A stretch of DNA of 64,000 nucleotides, taken from contig CM121342.1 of NCBI GenBank assembly GCA_051530055.1, positions 6,509,489 through 6,573,488 of the forward strand, given 5' to 3'. This stretch comes from Neoechinorhynchus agilis (lineage: Eukaryota > Animalia > Acanthocephala). Shown one piece after another: positions 36,310 to 48,955 of this stretch (position 1 is its first letter; the number at the start of each line of letters is the position of its first letter). The notes under the pieces were generated by a model. That model was not told where the DNA came from and searched no databases. It saw only the letters and a list, made by a program, of their open reading frames with translations. Both the position numbers and the translations under genes were made by a program.

Positions 36310-36865
36310 GTCAATGTGCCTCATTCTCGCTTCCAAGGGAAGAAGAGAATTTTTTTGAAATTCTGACGCCGCCATAAATTTCATGACACATTTGCTCACG
36401 AGCCCAAGTTTTCACTTCCCGACGATATTGTCGCATTTCTCACTTTAAAATCGTGATCTCTCTCATAAACAAAATTTTTACAATTTTCTTACATAAATCC
36501 TGAAGCTGGAGGAATGGTCTACTTTTCACAAAACTTTAAAGATTAAAGCACGATATCGTTATAGTTTTTTATCAACAAAGATTTGGAGGATTATTAGTCA
36601 ATGTGCTTTACGCTCGTTTCTAAGGGAAGAAAATTCTTTTTTTGAAATTCTGACCGAACAATAAATTCTTGGATTTTTACAATGAGCTCAAGTTTTCACT
36701 TCCCGACGATATTGTTGCATTTCTCACTTTAAAATCGTGATCTCTCTCATAAACAAAATTTTTACAATTTTCTTACATAAATCCTGAGGCTGGAGGAATG
36801 GTCTACTTTTCACAAAACTTTAAAGATTAAAGCACGATATCGTTATAGTTTTTTTTTATCAACAA
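36310..36865. repeat. Direct duplication of ~290 bp (2 copies)
   Basis: CAAGTTTTCACTTCCCGACGATATTGT...GCACGATATCGTTATAG occurs at ~36405 and ~36688. Confidence 0.85.
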
Positions 36866-36882
36866 CACCTTAAAATTAGAAA

Positions 36883-37667
36883 CTATTCGGACTCTACTGT
36901 AGTGAGAGCCGGCGTCTCTTTTTGGACGACATTGAACCGTCGTCTTTTACGTTTAAGTTGAGACCTTCCTGATTTGGCTGCCACAACAGTGGGTGTTTGT
37001 GGGAGTCTTCTGGTCAATCGTTGGAAATTCCTTAGTTCGGTTTTCCTGATAGCCATTCGGATCTTGGACATTTTCAATCGTAAATGAAACACAATCACGG
37101 ACATGGCTGTTAGAGTCACGATAATGACTGCGCTGGCAACAATGGCTGCCGCAGTGCTAACAATTTGAAATTTGATCCAACATACAAGAGCGAGATCAAT
37201 CAGAAACAGAAATAATCCCAGGAAAGTGCTTAGAATCCAAGCAATGTCCACATAGACATCGGCAGCCTCGAACGCTTTATCCGACATGAATTCAATTCGT
37301 TCAGTCGAAGTTTCATCGGATGGAATGAAATCGACGGATGCTAGAACCATTGTGGATATCATTAAAGCGACTACGTGGACTCCTACGAGAAGAGCAGTTA
37401 GGAATGAATGTGGACCGTGAGTCTAAATTAGAAAAACGCTTCCTAGTAGGTTCACGGTCTTGGTTAGGCGATAAAAACAGGTTGGTAAGAAGGAGACTTT
37501 TTATCGGTTTCGTAGGAATCGAGGGACATTTCAACCATTGTAACCATCGCGAACCCGGCCAAAAGAGCTGATGTCCGGTTAACCGCTTTTAGTTTTGACC
37601 GTTTTAGGAAAAATTTCCTCAATAAGACATCCACGGTCGGATCATGCGGATTTGAAGGTGATTCCAT
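36883..37667 (-). CDS. ORAI: Orai CRAC channel subunit; exons 37667-37466 and 37409-36883 (242 aa)
   Basis: [25 protein letters not shown] (TM1 with pore Glu), FIAY|[19 protein letters not shown] (TM2), [25 protein letters not shown] (TM3) and a TM4. Exon sum 729 nt is in frame. Confidence 0.92.
37410..37465 (-). other. Non-canonical intron AA...AC (56 nt) with a perfect 8-bp terminal stem
   Basis: GCC T|AACCAA GACCGTGA...TCACGGTC CAC|AT TCA. Retention leaves an in-frame TAA and a frameshift. Confidence 0.8.
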
Positions 37668-38069
37668 GGCCTATTAAAACGATGATCAACAAAAATGGGA
37701 GTACGCCTTCAAACTAATCTGTTTTACGCGATTAATACGCGTGAAAGTCAAAGAAGTTTCTTTGAATCGAAGTTTTGCGATGAATTGCGATGAGCATTAA
37801 GAAATGCTCATGTTTGCGATGTAATGGAGTTTAGAAATACGATTGTTTTCGGACGCACAATCTCGTACGGCTTTTTTATTGGGTTGCTTTTAAGGTTTTT
37901 TGAACGTAAAGGCGTTCAAGATTGTGTAGATTAAAACAATCGTTTTAATTTTTCACCGCCGTTAACAAGGTGATTGATCGAGTTTTGTTTTCGAAAATGG
38001 ACAATTGGGAAATTTGCTGTTCAATATGGATAAAGTTTTGTCATTACAACAGAAAAAATCTACCAAGTG

Positions 38070-39135
38070 TCCATTTTCGAAACAACGATTACAATTTATT
38101 CCTGTGAACTTCTTGACGTTGCCAGTATACTGGCAGCGTTCCCTCGCTCGTTGACCGAGGAAATTTCTCGAGCGCGGTTCCCCCGTCAACCTTTTCGTCC
38201 CAAATCGTTGAGGAGAGTGAGCGCTGATGGTCCCAGGGCTCCATACGTTTCCACGGCAAAAGGGACGAAATGGTAATTCCTTTGGAGCGCTCTATATTTT
38301 GAACGCTTTCGTTCCTCAGCTACGACCGCTGAACCTCCAGGGCTCTTTTTTGAAATCGGAAAATTACTGAGTCGCATCCCATAAAAGCGGTTTTCCCTCC
38401 CGCCATGGAAAAACCGTGACACCGTCAGGTCGCTTGCTTTATAGGCGGCATAAATTACTCGGCTCTAGAATATTGGACACGTGAACGGAATCTAGGGCTC
38501 TACTCAAAATTGGGAGTTCAATTCTTAGTTTCTTGGAAACTTCCCGCTGGGCATTTTACAACAGAGGCCGTGTCTGAAATTAGCGTCAACTATAAAGCCG
38601 CAGCGACAGCGATGCGGGATACAAATATCCTGGCCCAATCTTAAAGAAACTGCGACCCTTAACGTAGAATCCTCTAGAAGAGTTCCGATTGTCGGGGTGG
38701 GGAGAGCATTTAGCCAGGCTCCGATTCCTTTGTAGAGAACGCCGTAAGACGAACTTGGGGAACCTCGTAGAGAAGATCGTTAAAGGATTTGTGAATCTTC
38801 TTTATGAGGGGAAGGTCCCAGGCCGACTGCCTGTGGTCATTTTCCGGAAGGTGCGGGATCTCTGTCCGGGATTGCCAGATCGATAAACCGTCCAAATAAT
38901 GTTGGGAGTTTTGTTTCATGTTGCAAAGTCCGCGTACGTTTTGCTGGCTCGGTAATGGGCGAGGAACGCTGGAAGGGCTAAATCAGACACTGCGCGGATG
39001 CCGAGGCGGCCAAAAGAGGTTGGGAACGTAGCCTGCCGCCAGCCCGTATCCGTAATATTTATATTAAAAAGTTTCTTTAAAAAAGAACGTAAAACCCCGT
39101 CGAGATCCGATAAAACTCTTTTCTCCCGAAACACG
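38070..39135 (-). mobile_element. Cluster of CRE-like fragments (REL, knuckle, RT thumb), plus one plus-strand piece at 38689-38886
   Basis: AEERKRSKYRALQRNYHFVPFAVETYGALGPSAL, IPHRCRCGFIVDANFRHGLCC and WRQATFPTSFGRLGIRAVSDLALPAFLA; plus strand FVNLLYEGKVP. Confidence 0.82.
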
Positions 39136-39443
39136 GAGCAGCTCTCAACTTATACATCAATTTGGGGAGTATCAGAATCCGAAGAAAAAATATCAGTAAC
39201 GTTTCTTGTGAGCATTTTACCAAAAAATCTCTAAAACCAAAAAAAGATATAAATACTTAACATTTTTTATCTCTTTTAACTTTAAAGAAACACAATGATT
39301 ATAATATTAGCACATTTTATTGCTCAAAGCCGAGGACCCAAAATGAATGTGGCTATTAATTTCGGACTGGATTACGAGTCCGGTCTGATTGGAAGTCGGT
39401 TCTTATGGGAAATTGTAAAGAAATTAATCATTATTGTTTCAAT

Positions 39444-39647
39444 TTCACTTAGCGATATTCACTCAGAAAATTGATTTATATTGAAAATTTTCGGCCTTTT
39501 CGTTGGCCTTCTTCAGTCAGATCTACAATGTAAATTAATCTAGTCGATTAGATTAATTTACATTGTAGATCTGACTGAAGAAGGCCAACGAAAAGGCCGA
39601 AAATTTTCAATATAAATCAAGTTTCTGAGTGAATATCGCTAAGTGAA
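39444..39647. mobile_element. Near-perfect 204-bp palindrome (foldback/MITE-like)
   Basis: TTCACTTAGCGATATTCACTCAG...AAATTAATCTA-gtcgat-TAGATTAATTT...CTGAGTGAATATCGCTAAGTGAA, with 1 mismatch seen. Confidence 0.85.
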
Positions 39648-39659
39648 GTCTTATGAGAA

Positions 39660-39970
39660 AGTTGGTGGTTATTGTTTGTAGGAGAGTTTGTAAGGATAGG
39701 AACTTTCCTCGGGATCATTTCGATATCCGAGAGGATTGGGCAGTATGGAAAAAGGAGCGGAGGTTGAGGGCAGATGAAATGAATTGGGATTATAATAAGT
39801 TTTATTGTTCAAAGTGGAGGAACCATCTAAATCTGAGTCCTCGTGAACACTTCGATGAAACGATAGGTTAAATGGATGTGAAAGTTGGTGGTTATCGTAC
39901 GAAGGAGAGTTTGTGAGGATAGGAACTTTCCTCGGGTTCATTTCGATATCCGAGAGAAGATTGGGCACTT
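39660..39970. repeat. Diverged direct duplication of ~85 bp
   Basis: AGTTGGTGGTTAT...GGATAGGAACTTTCCTCGGG...TTCGATATCCGAGAG occurs at ~39660 and ~39884. Confidence 0.7.
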
Positions 39971-40419
39971 ATGAATCCATTGAGAACAACTTGATCGCCA
40001 TCAGTTGTATTCATTTGCTAAATGAAATATCGTTTAAATCGACTTTGAAAGCTGATTTTGTGAAGATGTTATCCATAGAATGTTTTGGTCAAGGCGAAAT
40101 AAAGAAAAATAATTTGATGCTCTCAGAATTGCTTCTATGTTTTTTATGAAATCGAAAAAAGTGTGATACATTTTCAAAAACGTAGAGAAGGTCTTTCGTC
40201 TCTTCCTTGTGTTGCGTCTCACTTCAGTTTCTCTATAACTTTCATTGCTATCTCGACTTCTCCGAAGCTCACAATTTTATGGCGCTCCTCGTTGACTGGC
40301 TCGGATTCGAGGATTTGTCAAGGTTTTGTTGTTTTCACGGAGTGAGCAATCAATTAGATTTGATTCTTTATATCACTTTTCATCATTGAAAAGCTGAAAA
40401 TTAGGATTCTAAGCCCTCG

Positions 40420-41785
40420 AGATTCGGTCCCCTAATCCCGGATCTCGGCCCCATGGCAAAACTGGAAGTTCGAAAGATGGTGGAGATTGACGGTTGCGGT
40501 GGTCCCAATCTCGGTGGATTCTGGATCACCGTTGAGGACTACCACCAAAGTTCCCCTTTTTTCGCTTACTAAAGTTCAGGGCGTAAGGAATCTCGAAATC
40601 CCAACTGGCATGTTAGCTATTTTAGAGTTTTCCACAACGGGAAAGTCTATTTAAATCGCTGACATTGACCGCCTCGGATTCGTCTGGATGAGGACCCCTT
40701 CGAGTGTTACCGACGAGATTCGGTCCCCTAATCCCGGATCTCGGCCCCATGGCAAAACTGGAAGTTCGAAAGATGGTGGAGATTGACGGTTGCGGTGGTC
40801 CCAATCTCGGTGGATTCTGGATCAACGTTGAGGACTACCACCAAAGTTCCCCTTTTTTCGCTTACTAAAGTTCAGGGCGTAAGGAATCTCCAAATCCCAA
40901 CTGGCATGTTAGCTATTTTAGAGTTTTCCACAACGGGAAAGTTGATTTAAATCGCTGACATTGACCGCCTCGGATTCGTCTGGATGAGGACCCCTTCGAG
41001 TGTTACCGACGAGATCCTGTCGCCTAATCTCAGATCTCGGCCCCGTGGCAAAACTGGAAGTTCGAAAGATGGTGGAGATTGACGGTTGCGGTGGTCCCAA
41101 TCTCGGTGGATTCTGGATCACCGTTGAGGACTACCACCAAAGTTCCCCTTTTTTCGCTTACTAAAGTTCAGGGCGTAAGGAATCTCCAAATCCCAACTGG
41201 CATGTTAGCTATTTTAGAGTTTTCCACAACGGGAAAGTTGATTTAAATCGCTGACATTGACCGCCTCGGATTCGTCTGGATGAGGACCCCTTCGAGTGTT
41301 ACCGACGAGATTCGGTCGCCTAATCTCAGATCTCGGCCCCGTGGCTAAACTGGAAGTTCGAAAGATGGTGGAGATTGACGGTTGCGGTGGTCCCAATCTC
41401 GGTGGATTCTGGATCACCGTTGAGGACTACCACCAAAGTTCCCTTTTTTTCGCTTACTAAAGTTCAGGGCGTAAGGAATCTCGAAATCCCAACTGGCATG
41501 TTAGCTATTTTAGAGTTTTCCACAACAGGAAAGTTGATTTAAATCGCTGACATTGACCGCCTCGGATTCGTCTGGATGAGGACCCCTTCGAGTGTTACCG
41601 ACGAGATCCTGTCGCCTAATCTCAGATCTCGGCCCCGTGGCTAAACTGGAAGTTCGAAAGATGGTGGAGATTGACGGTTGCGGTGGTCCTAATCTCGGTG
41701 GATTCTGGATCAACGTTGAGGACTACCACCAAAGTTCCCTTTTTTTCGCTTACTAAAGTTCAGGGCGTAAGGAATCTCCAAATCT
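40420..41785. repeat. GC-richer tandem array, 296-bp unit, ~4.6 copies
   Basis: Identical minus-strand ORF starts are spaced 296 nt apart (40825, 41121, 41417, 41713). Confidence 0.97.
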
Positions 41786-42096
41786 CAGTGATTCATTCTT
41801 TTAATCGAAACGTCTTGGACTTTATGTTTTTACGATTGGAAATATTGCTTAAAAGTGAATTACAAAGGTTCTAACTTTTGTTCGATCTTCCTCATGGAAT
41901 CCACTTGGTTTCCGTTTTCCCTTGCAACCTCTTTATATGTTAAAAAAGATCCGGACTCTTCGTTCATTGGGGGGATTTTCTTCTATTTATTCCACTAAAG
42001 AAATCCCCGATTGTAGAAAGCGAGCACAAAGTTTTTAAGTTTAATTGTCGACATCTCAGCCTCCATCGTCTCCACCTTTTTTAGAAGAAGAATAAA

Positions 42097-43413
42097 ATGG
42101 CATCTCTACAATACAAAGTGGCGGACTTGAGCCTCGCCGAGTGGGGTCGATCCGAGATTGATCAAGCCGAAAAAGAGATGCCTGGTTTAATGGAACTTCG
42201 TCGTAGATACGAATCCAGCCGTCCTTTAATAGGAGCCAGAATTGCTGGTTGTGTTCACATGACCATTCAAACGGCCGTTCTTATCCGGACTCTTCGTTCA
42301 TTGGGGGCTCAGGTTAGATGGTGTAGTTGCAATATCTTCTCGACCCAAGACCATGCTGCCGCTGCTATTGCAAGTGAAGGTGTTCCAGTATTTGCATGGA
42401 AAGGAGAAACTGATGAGGAATATAATTGGTGTTTAGAAAAAGTGATAATGTTTGACGATGATGTTGACAATCCACAACCTTTGAATATGATGATAGATGA
42501 CGGTGGCGACCTGACTCACTTGATCCACACAAAGTATCCCAATCTCTTAAAGGGTATTTATGGCGTTTCGGAACAAACCACAACTGGTGTTCATCGCCTC
42601 TATGAGATGGAAAAAATAGGCGATTTGAAGATACCCGCATTTAATGTGAACGATTCTGTTACAAAGTCTAAATTCGACAATTTATATGGATGCCGAGAAT
42701 CGTTGATCGACGGTCTCAAACGGGCTACTGATCTGATGTTGGCTGGTAAGACGGCTATTGTGTGTGGATATGGAGATGTGGGGAAAGGTTGCGTCCGTGC
42801 TCTAAATGCATTTGGAGCTCATGTTCTCGTAACTGAAATCGATCCTATAAATGCTCTTCAGGCTTCTATGGAAGGATATGAGGTTGTCCGCCTTGAAGAC
42901 GTTCTTGATCGTGTTCACATTGTCGTAACTGCAACCGGATGTTGCGATGTGGTCCGGGATGAGCATATGTTGAACATGAAAGATAACGTAGTTCTTTGCA
43001 ATATTGGCCATTTTGATATTGAAATCGATGTAGCTTGGCTAAAGAAAAATGCTACTCATCATCACCAAATTAAACCTCAGGTCGATAAATATACACTTGC
43101 GAATGGACGAAACATCGTGTTGTTAGCTCAAGGAAGGCTTGTGAATCTCGGATGTGCTCATGGACATCCGTCGTTTGTTATGAGCAACACATTTTCTAAC
43201 CAAGTCTTAGCACAGATTGAACTTTTTACCAAACGAAATGGAGGTTATCCCGTTGGGGTTCATAGAATACCTAAGAAGTTAGACGAGGAAGTCGCTGAAG
43301 CACACTTGGCACATTTAGGTGCCAAATTAACAACGCTCACCGATGAACAGGTTAAATATCTTAATTTGGAACAGAAAAATGGACCTTTCAAGTCGGACTT
43401 ATACCGGTATTAG
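42097..43413 (+). CDS. AHCY: S-adenosylhomocysteine hydrolase, intronless
   Basis: [70 protein letters not shown] and GPFK..YRY. Confidence 0.97.
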   Translation: MASLQYKVADLSLAEWGRSEIDQAEKEMPGLMELRRRYESSRPLIGARIAGCVHMTIQTAVLIRTLRSLGAQVRWCSCNIFSTQDHAAAAIASEGVPVFAWKGETDEEYNWCLEKVIMFDDDVDNPQPLNMMIDDGGDLTHLIHTKYPNLLKGIYGVSEQTTTGVHRLYEMEKIGDLKIPAFNVNDSVTKSKFDNLYGCRESLIDGLKRATDLMLAGKTAIVCGYGDVGKGCVRALNAFGAHVLVTEIDPINALQASMEGYEVVRLEDVLDRVHIVVTATGCCDVVRDEHMLNMKDNVVLCNIGHFDIEIDVAWLKKNATHHHQIKPQVDKYTLANGRNIVLLAQGRLVNLGCAHGHPSFVMSNTFSNQVLAQIELFTKRNGGYPVGVHRIPKKLDEEVAEAHLAHLGAKLTTLTDEQVKYLNLEQKNGPFKSDLYRY

Positions 43414-43481
43414 TCTTGAAGTGGATCGTCAAAAAAATTGATTCTCTCTTAATGTACACAAAATATTAAATGTGTTCTTTC

Positions 43482-43655
43482 CTGATGAGAGAAATATAGA
43501 TATATCGATTTTTATTAATTCAAAAATATTTCCTTCTTCTCGTTGGACTTCAGGTTACTTCAAAGTATTTTAATGAGCAACCTGAAGATGTCCGATGAGA
43601 CGGACGAAATATTTTTGAATCAATAAAAATCAATATATCTATTTTTATCCAATCA
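43482..43655. mobile_element. Degenerate foldback with ~80-bp arms
   Basis: ATAGATATATCGATTTTTATTAATTCAAAAATATTTC...TTCAGGTT is mirrored by AACCTGAA...GAAATATTTTTGAATCAATAAAAATCAATATATCTAT. Confidence 0.7.
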
Positions 43656-43790
43656 GAAAAGAACATAGATAAAAAATGAACAAATATTAAATGTGAATCG
43701 AATTACGATTATCCAGAAAGTCTAGGTAATCGCTTTCCTTTTCCAATAAGGAATAAATTACGCGTCGTTTTCCATGGAATAAAGTTTATT

Positions 43791-44086
43791 AAATGTTTTT
43801 ACTGGCAAGCCGGGTCTTTTGAATCAGGTTATTACATCCCTTCCTCGGCTTTATGGTATGAAACCACACCGATCTAACTCTGATGAAGGGAGGAAACTCA
43901 CTGATGAGTCCCGCCTCATCGAGAGGTATCTGAGAATCCGGAGAAATGTACAAGAAGTAATTCAATCACCTCTCTGATGTAAGAGATCGGTTCGTCTGTA
44001 TTTCCAAAAAGAAAAAACTTAAAAACCGAGGGGGGGGAGAAGTAATAATCAGAATCAATAGAACCGGCTTGCCATTAAAAACATTT
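43791..44086. mobile_element. ~296-bp MITE-like element with 23-bp TIRs
   Basis: AAATGTTTTTACTGGCAAGCCGG / CCGGCTTGCCATTAAAAACATTT match at 22 of 23 positions; both ends overlap TTAA. Confidence 0.65.
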
Positions 44087-44119
44087 AAGAAGTTAAGGAT
44101 TATATTGCAATTTTAGACC

Positions 44120-46340
44120 TTTTGGAGTGGAGACTCTTGGTGCGCTCGGTAGCTAGGCACTTAGTTTTACGAAGGAGTTATCGAGTAGACTCCAGGCCAA
44201 GACAGGAAAGTGGAGACTCTTGGTGCACTCGGTAGCTCGGCACTTCGATTTACGAAGGAGTTATCGAGTAGACTCCAGACCAAGACAGGAAAGTGGAGAC
44301 TCTTGGTGCACTCGGTAGCTCGGCACTTAGATTTACGAAGGAGTTATCGAGTAGACTCCAGGCCCAAACAGGAAAGTGGAGACTCTTGGTGCACTCGGTA
44401 GCTCGGCGCTTGGATTTACAAAGGAGTTATCGAGTAAACTCCAGGCGAAGCCAAGGAAAGTGGAGACTCTTGGTGCACTCTGTAGCTCGGCACTTAGATT
44501 TACGAAGGAGTTATCGAGTAGACTCCAAGCCAAGAAAGTGGAGATTCTCGGTAGCTCGGCACTTAGATTTACGAAGGAGTTATCGAGTAGACTCCAGACC
44601 AAGACAGGAAAGTGGAGACTCTTGGTGCGCTCGGTAGCTCGGCACTTAGATTTACGAAGGAGTTATCGAGTAGACTCCCGACCAAGAACGGAAAGTGGAG
44701 ACTCTTGGTGCACTCAGTAGCTCGGCACTTCGATTTACGAAGGAGTTATCGAGTAGACTCCAGGCCCAAACAGGAAAGTGGAGACTCTTGGTGCACTCGG
44801 TAGCTCGGCGCTTGGATTTACGAAGGAGTTATCGAGTAAACTCCAGGCGAAGCCAAGAAAGTGGAGACTCTTGGTGCACTCTGTAGCTCGGCACTTAGAT
44901 TTACGAAGGAGTTATCGAGTAGACTCCAGACCAAGACAGGAAAATTGAGACTCTTGGTGCACTCGGTAGCTCGGCACTTAGATTTACGAAGGAGTTATCG
45001 AGTAGACTCCAGACCAAGACAGGAAAGTGGAGACTCTTGGTGCACTCGGTAGCTCGGCACTTAGATTTACGAAGGAGTTATCGAGTAGACTCCCGACCAA
45101 GACAGGAAAGTTGAGACTCTTGGTGCACTCGGTAGCTCGGCACTTAGATTTACGAAGGAGTTATCGAGTAGACTCCCGACCAAGAACGGAAAGTTGAGAC
45201 TCTTGGTGCGCTCGGTAGCTCGGCACTTAGATTTACGAAGTTATCGAGTAGACTCCAGGCCCAAACAGGAAAGTGGAGACTCTTGGTGCACTCGGTAGCT
45301 CGGCGCTTAGATTTACGAAGGAGTTATCGAGTAGACTCCCGACCAAGAACGGAAAGTGGAGACTCTTGGTGCGCTCGGTAGCTCGGCACTTAGATTTACG
45401 AGTGAGCAATCGAGAATACTCCAGGCCAAGACAGGAAAGTTGAGACTCTTGGTGCACTCAGTAGCTCGGCGCTTGGATTTACAAAGGAGTTATCGAGTAG
45501 ATTCCAAGCCAAGAAAGTGGAGATTCTCGGTAGCTCGGCACTTAGATTTACAAAGGAGTTATCGAGTAGATTCAAGACCAAGACAGGAAAGTTGAGACTC
45601 TTGGTGCGCTCGGTAGCTCGGCACTTGGATTTACGAAGGAGTTATCGAGTAGACTCCAGGCCAAGACAGGAAAGTGGAGACTCTTGGTGCGCTCGGTAGC
45701 TCGGCACTTCGATTTACGAAGGAGTTATCGAGTAGACTCCAGACCAAGACAGGAAAGTTGAGACTCTTGGTGCACTCGGTAGCTCGGCACTTGGATTTAC
45801 GAAGGAGTTATCGAGTAGACTCCAGGCCAAGACAGGAAAGTGGAGACTCTTGGTGCACTCGGTAGCTCGGCGCTTGGATTTACAAAGGAGTTATCGAGTA
45901 AACTCCAGGCGAAGCCAAGAAAGTGGAGACTCTTGGTGCGCTCGGTAGCTCGGCACTTCGATTTACGAAGGAGTTATCGAGTAGACTCCAGACCAAGACA
46001 GGAAAGTGGAGACTCTTGGTGCACTCGGTAGCTCGGCACTTAGATTTACGAAGGAGTTATCGAGTAGACTCCAGGCCAAGAACGGAAAGTGGAGACTCTT
46101 GGTGCGCTCGGTAGCTCGGCACTTCGATTTACGAAGGAGTTATCGAGTAGACTCCAGACCAAGACAGGAAAGTAGAGACTCTTGGTGCACTTGGTAGCTC
46201 GGCACTTAGATTTACGAAGGAGTTATCGAGTAGACTTTAGGCCAAGACAGGAAATACAAGAGCGGGTGCCTTCCTGCGCTAAAACATTGTGTGGTCGCGA
46301 TCCAAAGAGGAAACGCAGTGAGTGTGGTCGCGGCCACTGA
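44120..46340 (+). repeat. 83-bp tandem array (~25 copies) amplified from within a CRE-like 3' end
   Basis: The unit encodes VETLGALGSSALRFTKELSSRLQAKTG. It is preceded by PFG (PFGVETLG) and followed by GNTRAGAFL and VAIQRGNAVSV. Confidence 0.93.
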
Positions 46341-47334
46341 GGGTAGAGCGGTGCCTCTTCTCCGTTGACGGTGGTGATTGTTGAAACGTTTTGTTGTTGT
46401 GTGTAAATGAAAGAGTTGCTATCAAAAAAATTTAAAACTATTTTTAGTTTATGGAATAGCCGCATTAAACGATGCGGCGCGAAGTACTTTAGAAGCAAGT
46501 TTTTTTTGGAATATCCATAAGCCGATAGGTGAGATGTCTTATTTCATTTCGCACTATGCTCCAAATGGAAAATATTCCGAAAAACGACATCATCTTCCTC
46601 CGAAATCATTGCTGTGTAAGAAACATCAATTATTTTGGGAGTATTATTTAGAAGTCTTCATCCGCAATAAATAAATTAATTGAAGACGTTTTGAAGTTCG
46701 TTGGGTTCATCATTTCAAGAACTGATGATGAACCCGACGAAGTACGACGTCCTCGAAAAAAATCGTTACCTTGGTGAAGACCTTAATAATCCCTGTATTT
46801 GTTTAACTCATTGAAGTCGAAAATAGTCTTTACACTTTTTTCTTAAAAATGTCTATATGTGAGATGCTGGGCAGTGTTAGTTTATTAAATTAGACGTTAT
46901 GTTTTAATAGCTTAAATATCTTTCATGAAAAGATTTTTTACCGGTCGAAGATCAAACCAGGAATTTTGTTGGTTTTCACATCATTAGAACGGAAAAATGT
47001 TCAAGTTATTGTTTAGGTCGAATTAAATTGCCTACACGGTGGAAAAGGAACAAAGCAAAAGCTTCCCCTTTAATTACCTTTTGTTGGCTTAAATGCACCC
47101 TCCGGCAATCTCCCGCGAGTTAAAACGAAAACAATCATTTTGTGTATGTGTTGGGTAATAATTCCCCTGCAAGTTTTTTATATTTATTAGATAACTCCGA
47201 TTCGATAAGTTAACAATAACAACGCTGCACAAGAGAAACCACGTACTTTTGGTCCTCATAAACATTTGAATTCTGATTGGATATTCTTCTTTAATGCGAT
47301 CCAGCCAGCCGAATGCAATCCGCAATATAGAAAA

Positions 47335-48955
47335 ATGTTTAGGCGGACAATGCGAAGGAGATGTTCATCATTTTTACTTTTTATAGCGAATTATCCAATA
47401 ATTGATTTATTTGATAATTTTAGGCCTTCGCGTCACTGGATAAACGAAATTGAGTGCTTCTGGGGTGCATTTTAGATAGACCGAAAAAGGCCTACGCGAA
47501 ACCCGAAAATTATCAAATAAATCAATCAATTATTTGATAATTCGCTATAAAAAAGTTACAATGATGAACACTCAATCGGCGGATACCACCGGATAAACGA
47601 AATTGATTTTGCTTCCATTTTAGATAGACCGAAGAATGGCAACGCGAAAGCCGAAAATTATCAAATCAATCAATTATTAGAATTGGCTATAAAAAAGCTA
47701 AAATGATGAACATTCAATCTTCGGATATTACCGGATAAACGAAATTGATTTTGCTTCCATTTTAGATAGACCGAAGAATGCCAACGCGAAAGCCGAGAAT
47801 TATCAATAAATAAATTAATTATTTGATAATTTGCTAGAAAAAAGTTAACATGATGAACGCCCAATCTGCGGATACCACCGGATAAACGAAATTGAGTGCT
47901 TCTGGGGTGCATTTTAGATAGACCGAAAAAGGCCTACGCGAAACCCGAAAATTATCAAATAAATCAATTATTTGACAATTCGCTATAAAAAAGTTAAAAT
48001 GATGAACACTCAATCGGCGGATACCACCGGATAAACGAAATTGATTTTGCTTCCATTTTAGATAGACCGAAGAATGCCAACGCGAAAGCCGAAAATTATC
48101 AAAAATAAATCAATTATTAGAATTGGCTATAAAAAAGTTAAAATGATGAACATTCAATCTTCGGATATTACCGGATAAACGAAATTGATTTTGCTTCCAT
48201 TTTAGATAGACCGAAGAATGCCAACGCGAAAGCCAAAAATTATCAAATAAATCAATTATTTGATAATTCGCTATAAAAAAGCTAAAATGATGAACACTCA
48301 ATCTGCGGATACCACCGGATAAACAAAATTGAGTGCTTCCATTTTAGATAGACCGACGAATGCCAACGCGAAAGCCGAAAATGATCAAAAATAAATCAAT
48401 TATTTGATAATTCGCTATAAAAAAGTTAAAATGATGAACACTCAATCTTCGGATACCACCGGATAAACAAAATTGATTTTGCTTCCATTTTAGATAGACC
48501 GAAGAATGCCAACGCGAAAGCCGAAAATTATCAAAAATAAATCAATTATTTGATAATTCGCTATAAAAAAGTTAAAATGATGAACACTCAATCTGCGGAT
48601 ACCACCGGATAAACAAAATTGAGTGCTTCCATTTTAGATAGACCGAAGAATGCCAACGCGAAAGCCGAAAATTATCAAAAATAAATCAATTATTTGATAA
48701 TTCGCTATAAAAAAGTTAAAATGATGAACACTCAATCTTCGGATACCACCGGATAAACAAAATTGATTTTGCTTCCATTTTAGATAGACCGAGAATGCCA
48801 ACGCGAAAGCCGAAAATTATAAAAAATAAATCAATTATTTGATAATTCGCTATAAAAAAGTTAAAATGATGAACACTCAATCTGCGGATACCACCGGATA
48901 AACAAAATTGAGTGCTTCCATTTTAGATAGATTAAAGAAGGCCTACGCGAAAGCC
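47335..48955. repeat. Tandem array, ~145-bp unit, ~11 copies
   Basis: TTTAGATAGACCGA at ~47471, 47618, 47761, 47913, 48057 and onward. Confidence 0.95.

Noticed and set aside
37464-37466. Stop-codon readthrough or recoding to explain the in-frame TAA in Orai and TGA in FBXL
   Set aside because: The downstream coding sequence is in a different frame (56- and 58-nt inserts), and other genes end at standard TAA/TAG/TGA.
43870-43915. Hammerhead-like core CTGATGA-agggag-GAAACTCA-ctga-TGAGTC
   Set aside because: Stem III and a GUC site are present, but stem II (AGGGAG) and stem I cannot pair. A similar core at ~43582 is part of a foldback.
44120-46260. CRISPR-like appearance of the 83-bp array
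   Set aside because: There are no unique spacers or cas genes, the context is eukaryotic, and the unit is CRE-derived.
46445-46615. Exon-like minus-strand frame with one in-frame TGA at 46544-46546
   Set aside because: No homology or SECIS-like element is recognisable, so a gene, pseudogene or Sec codon cannot be supported.
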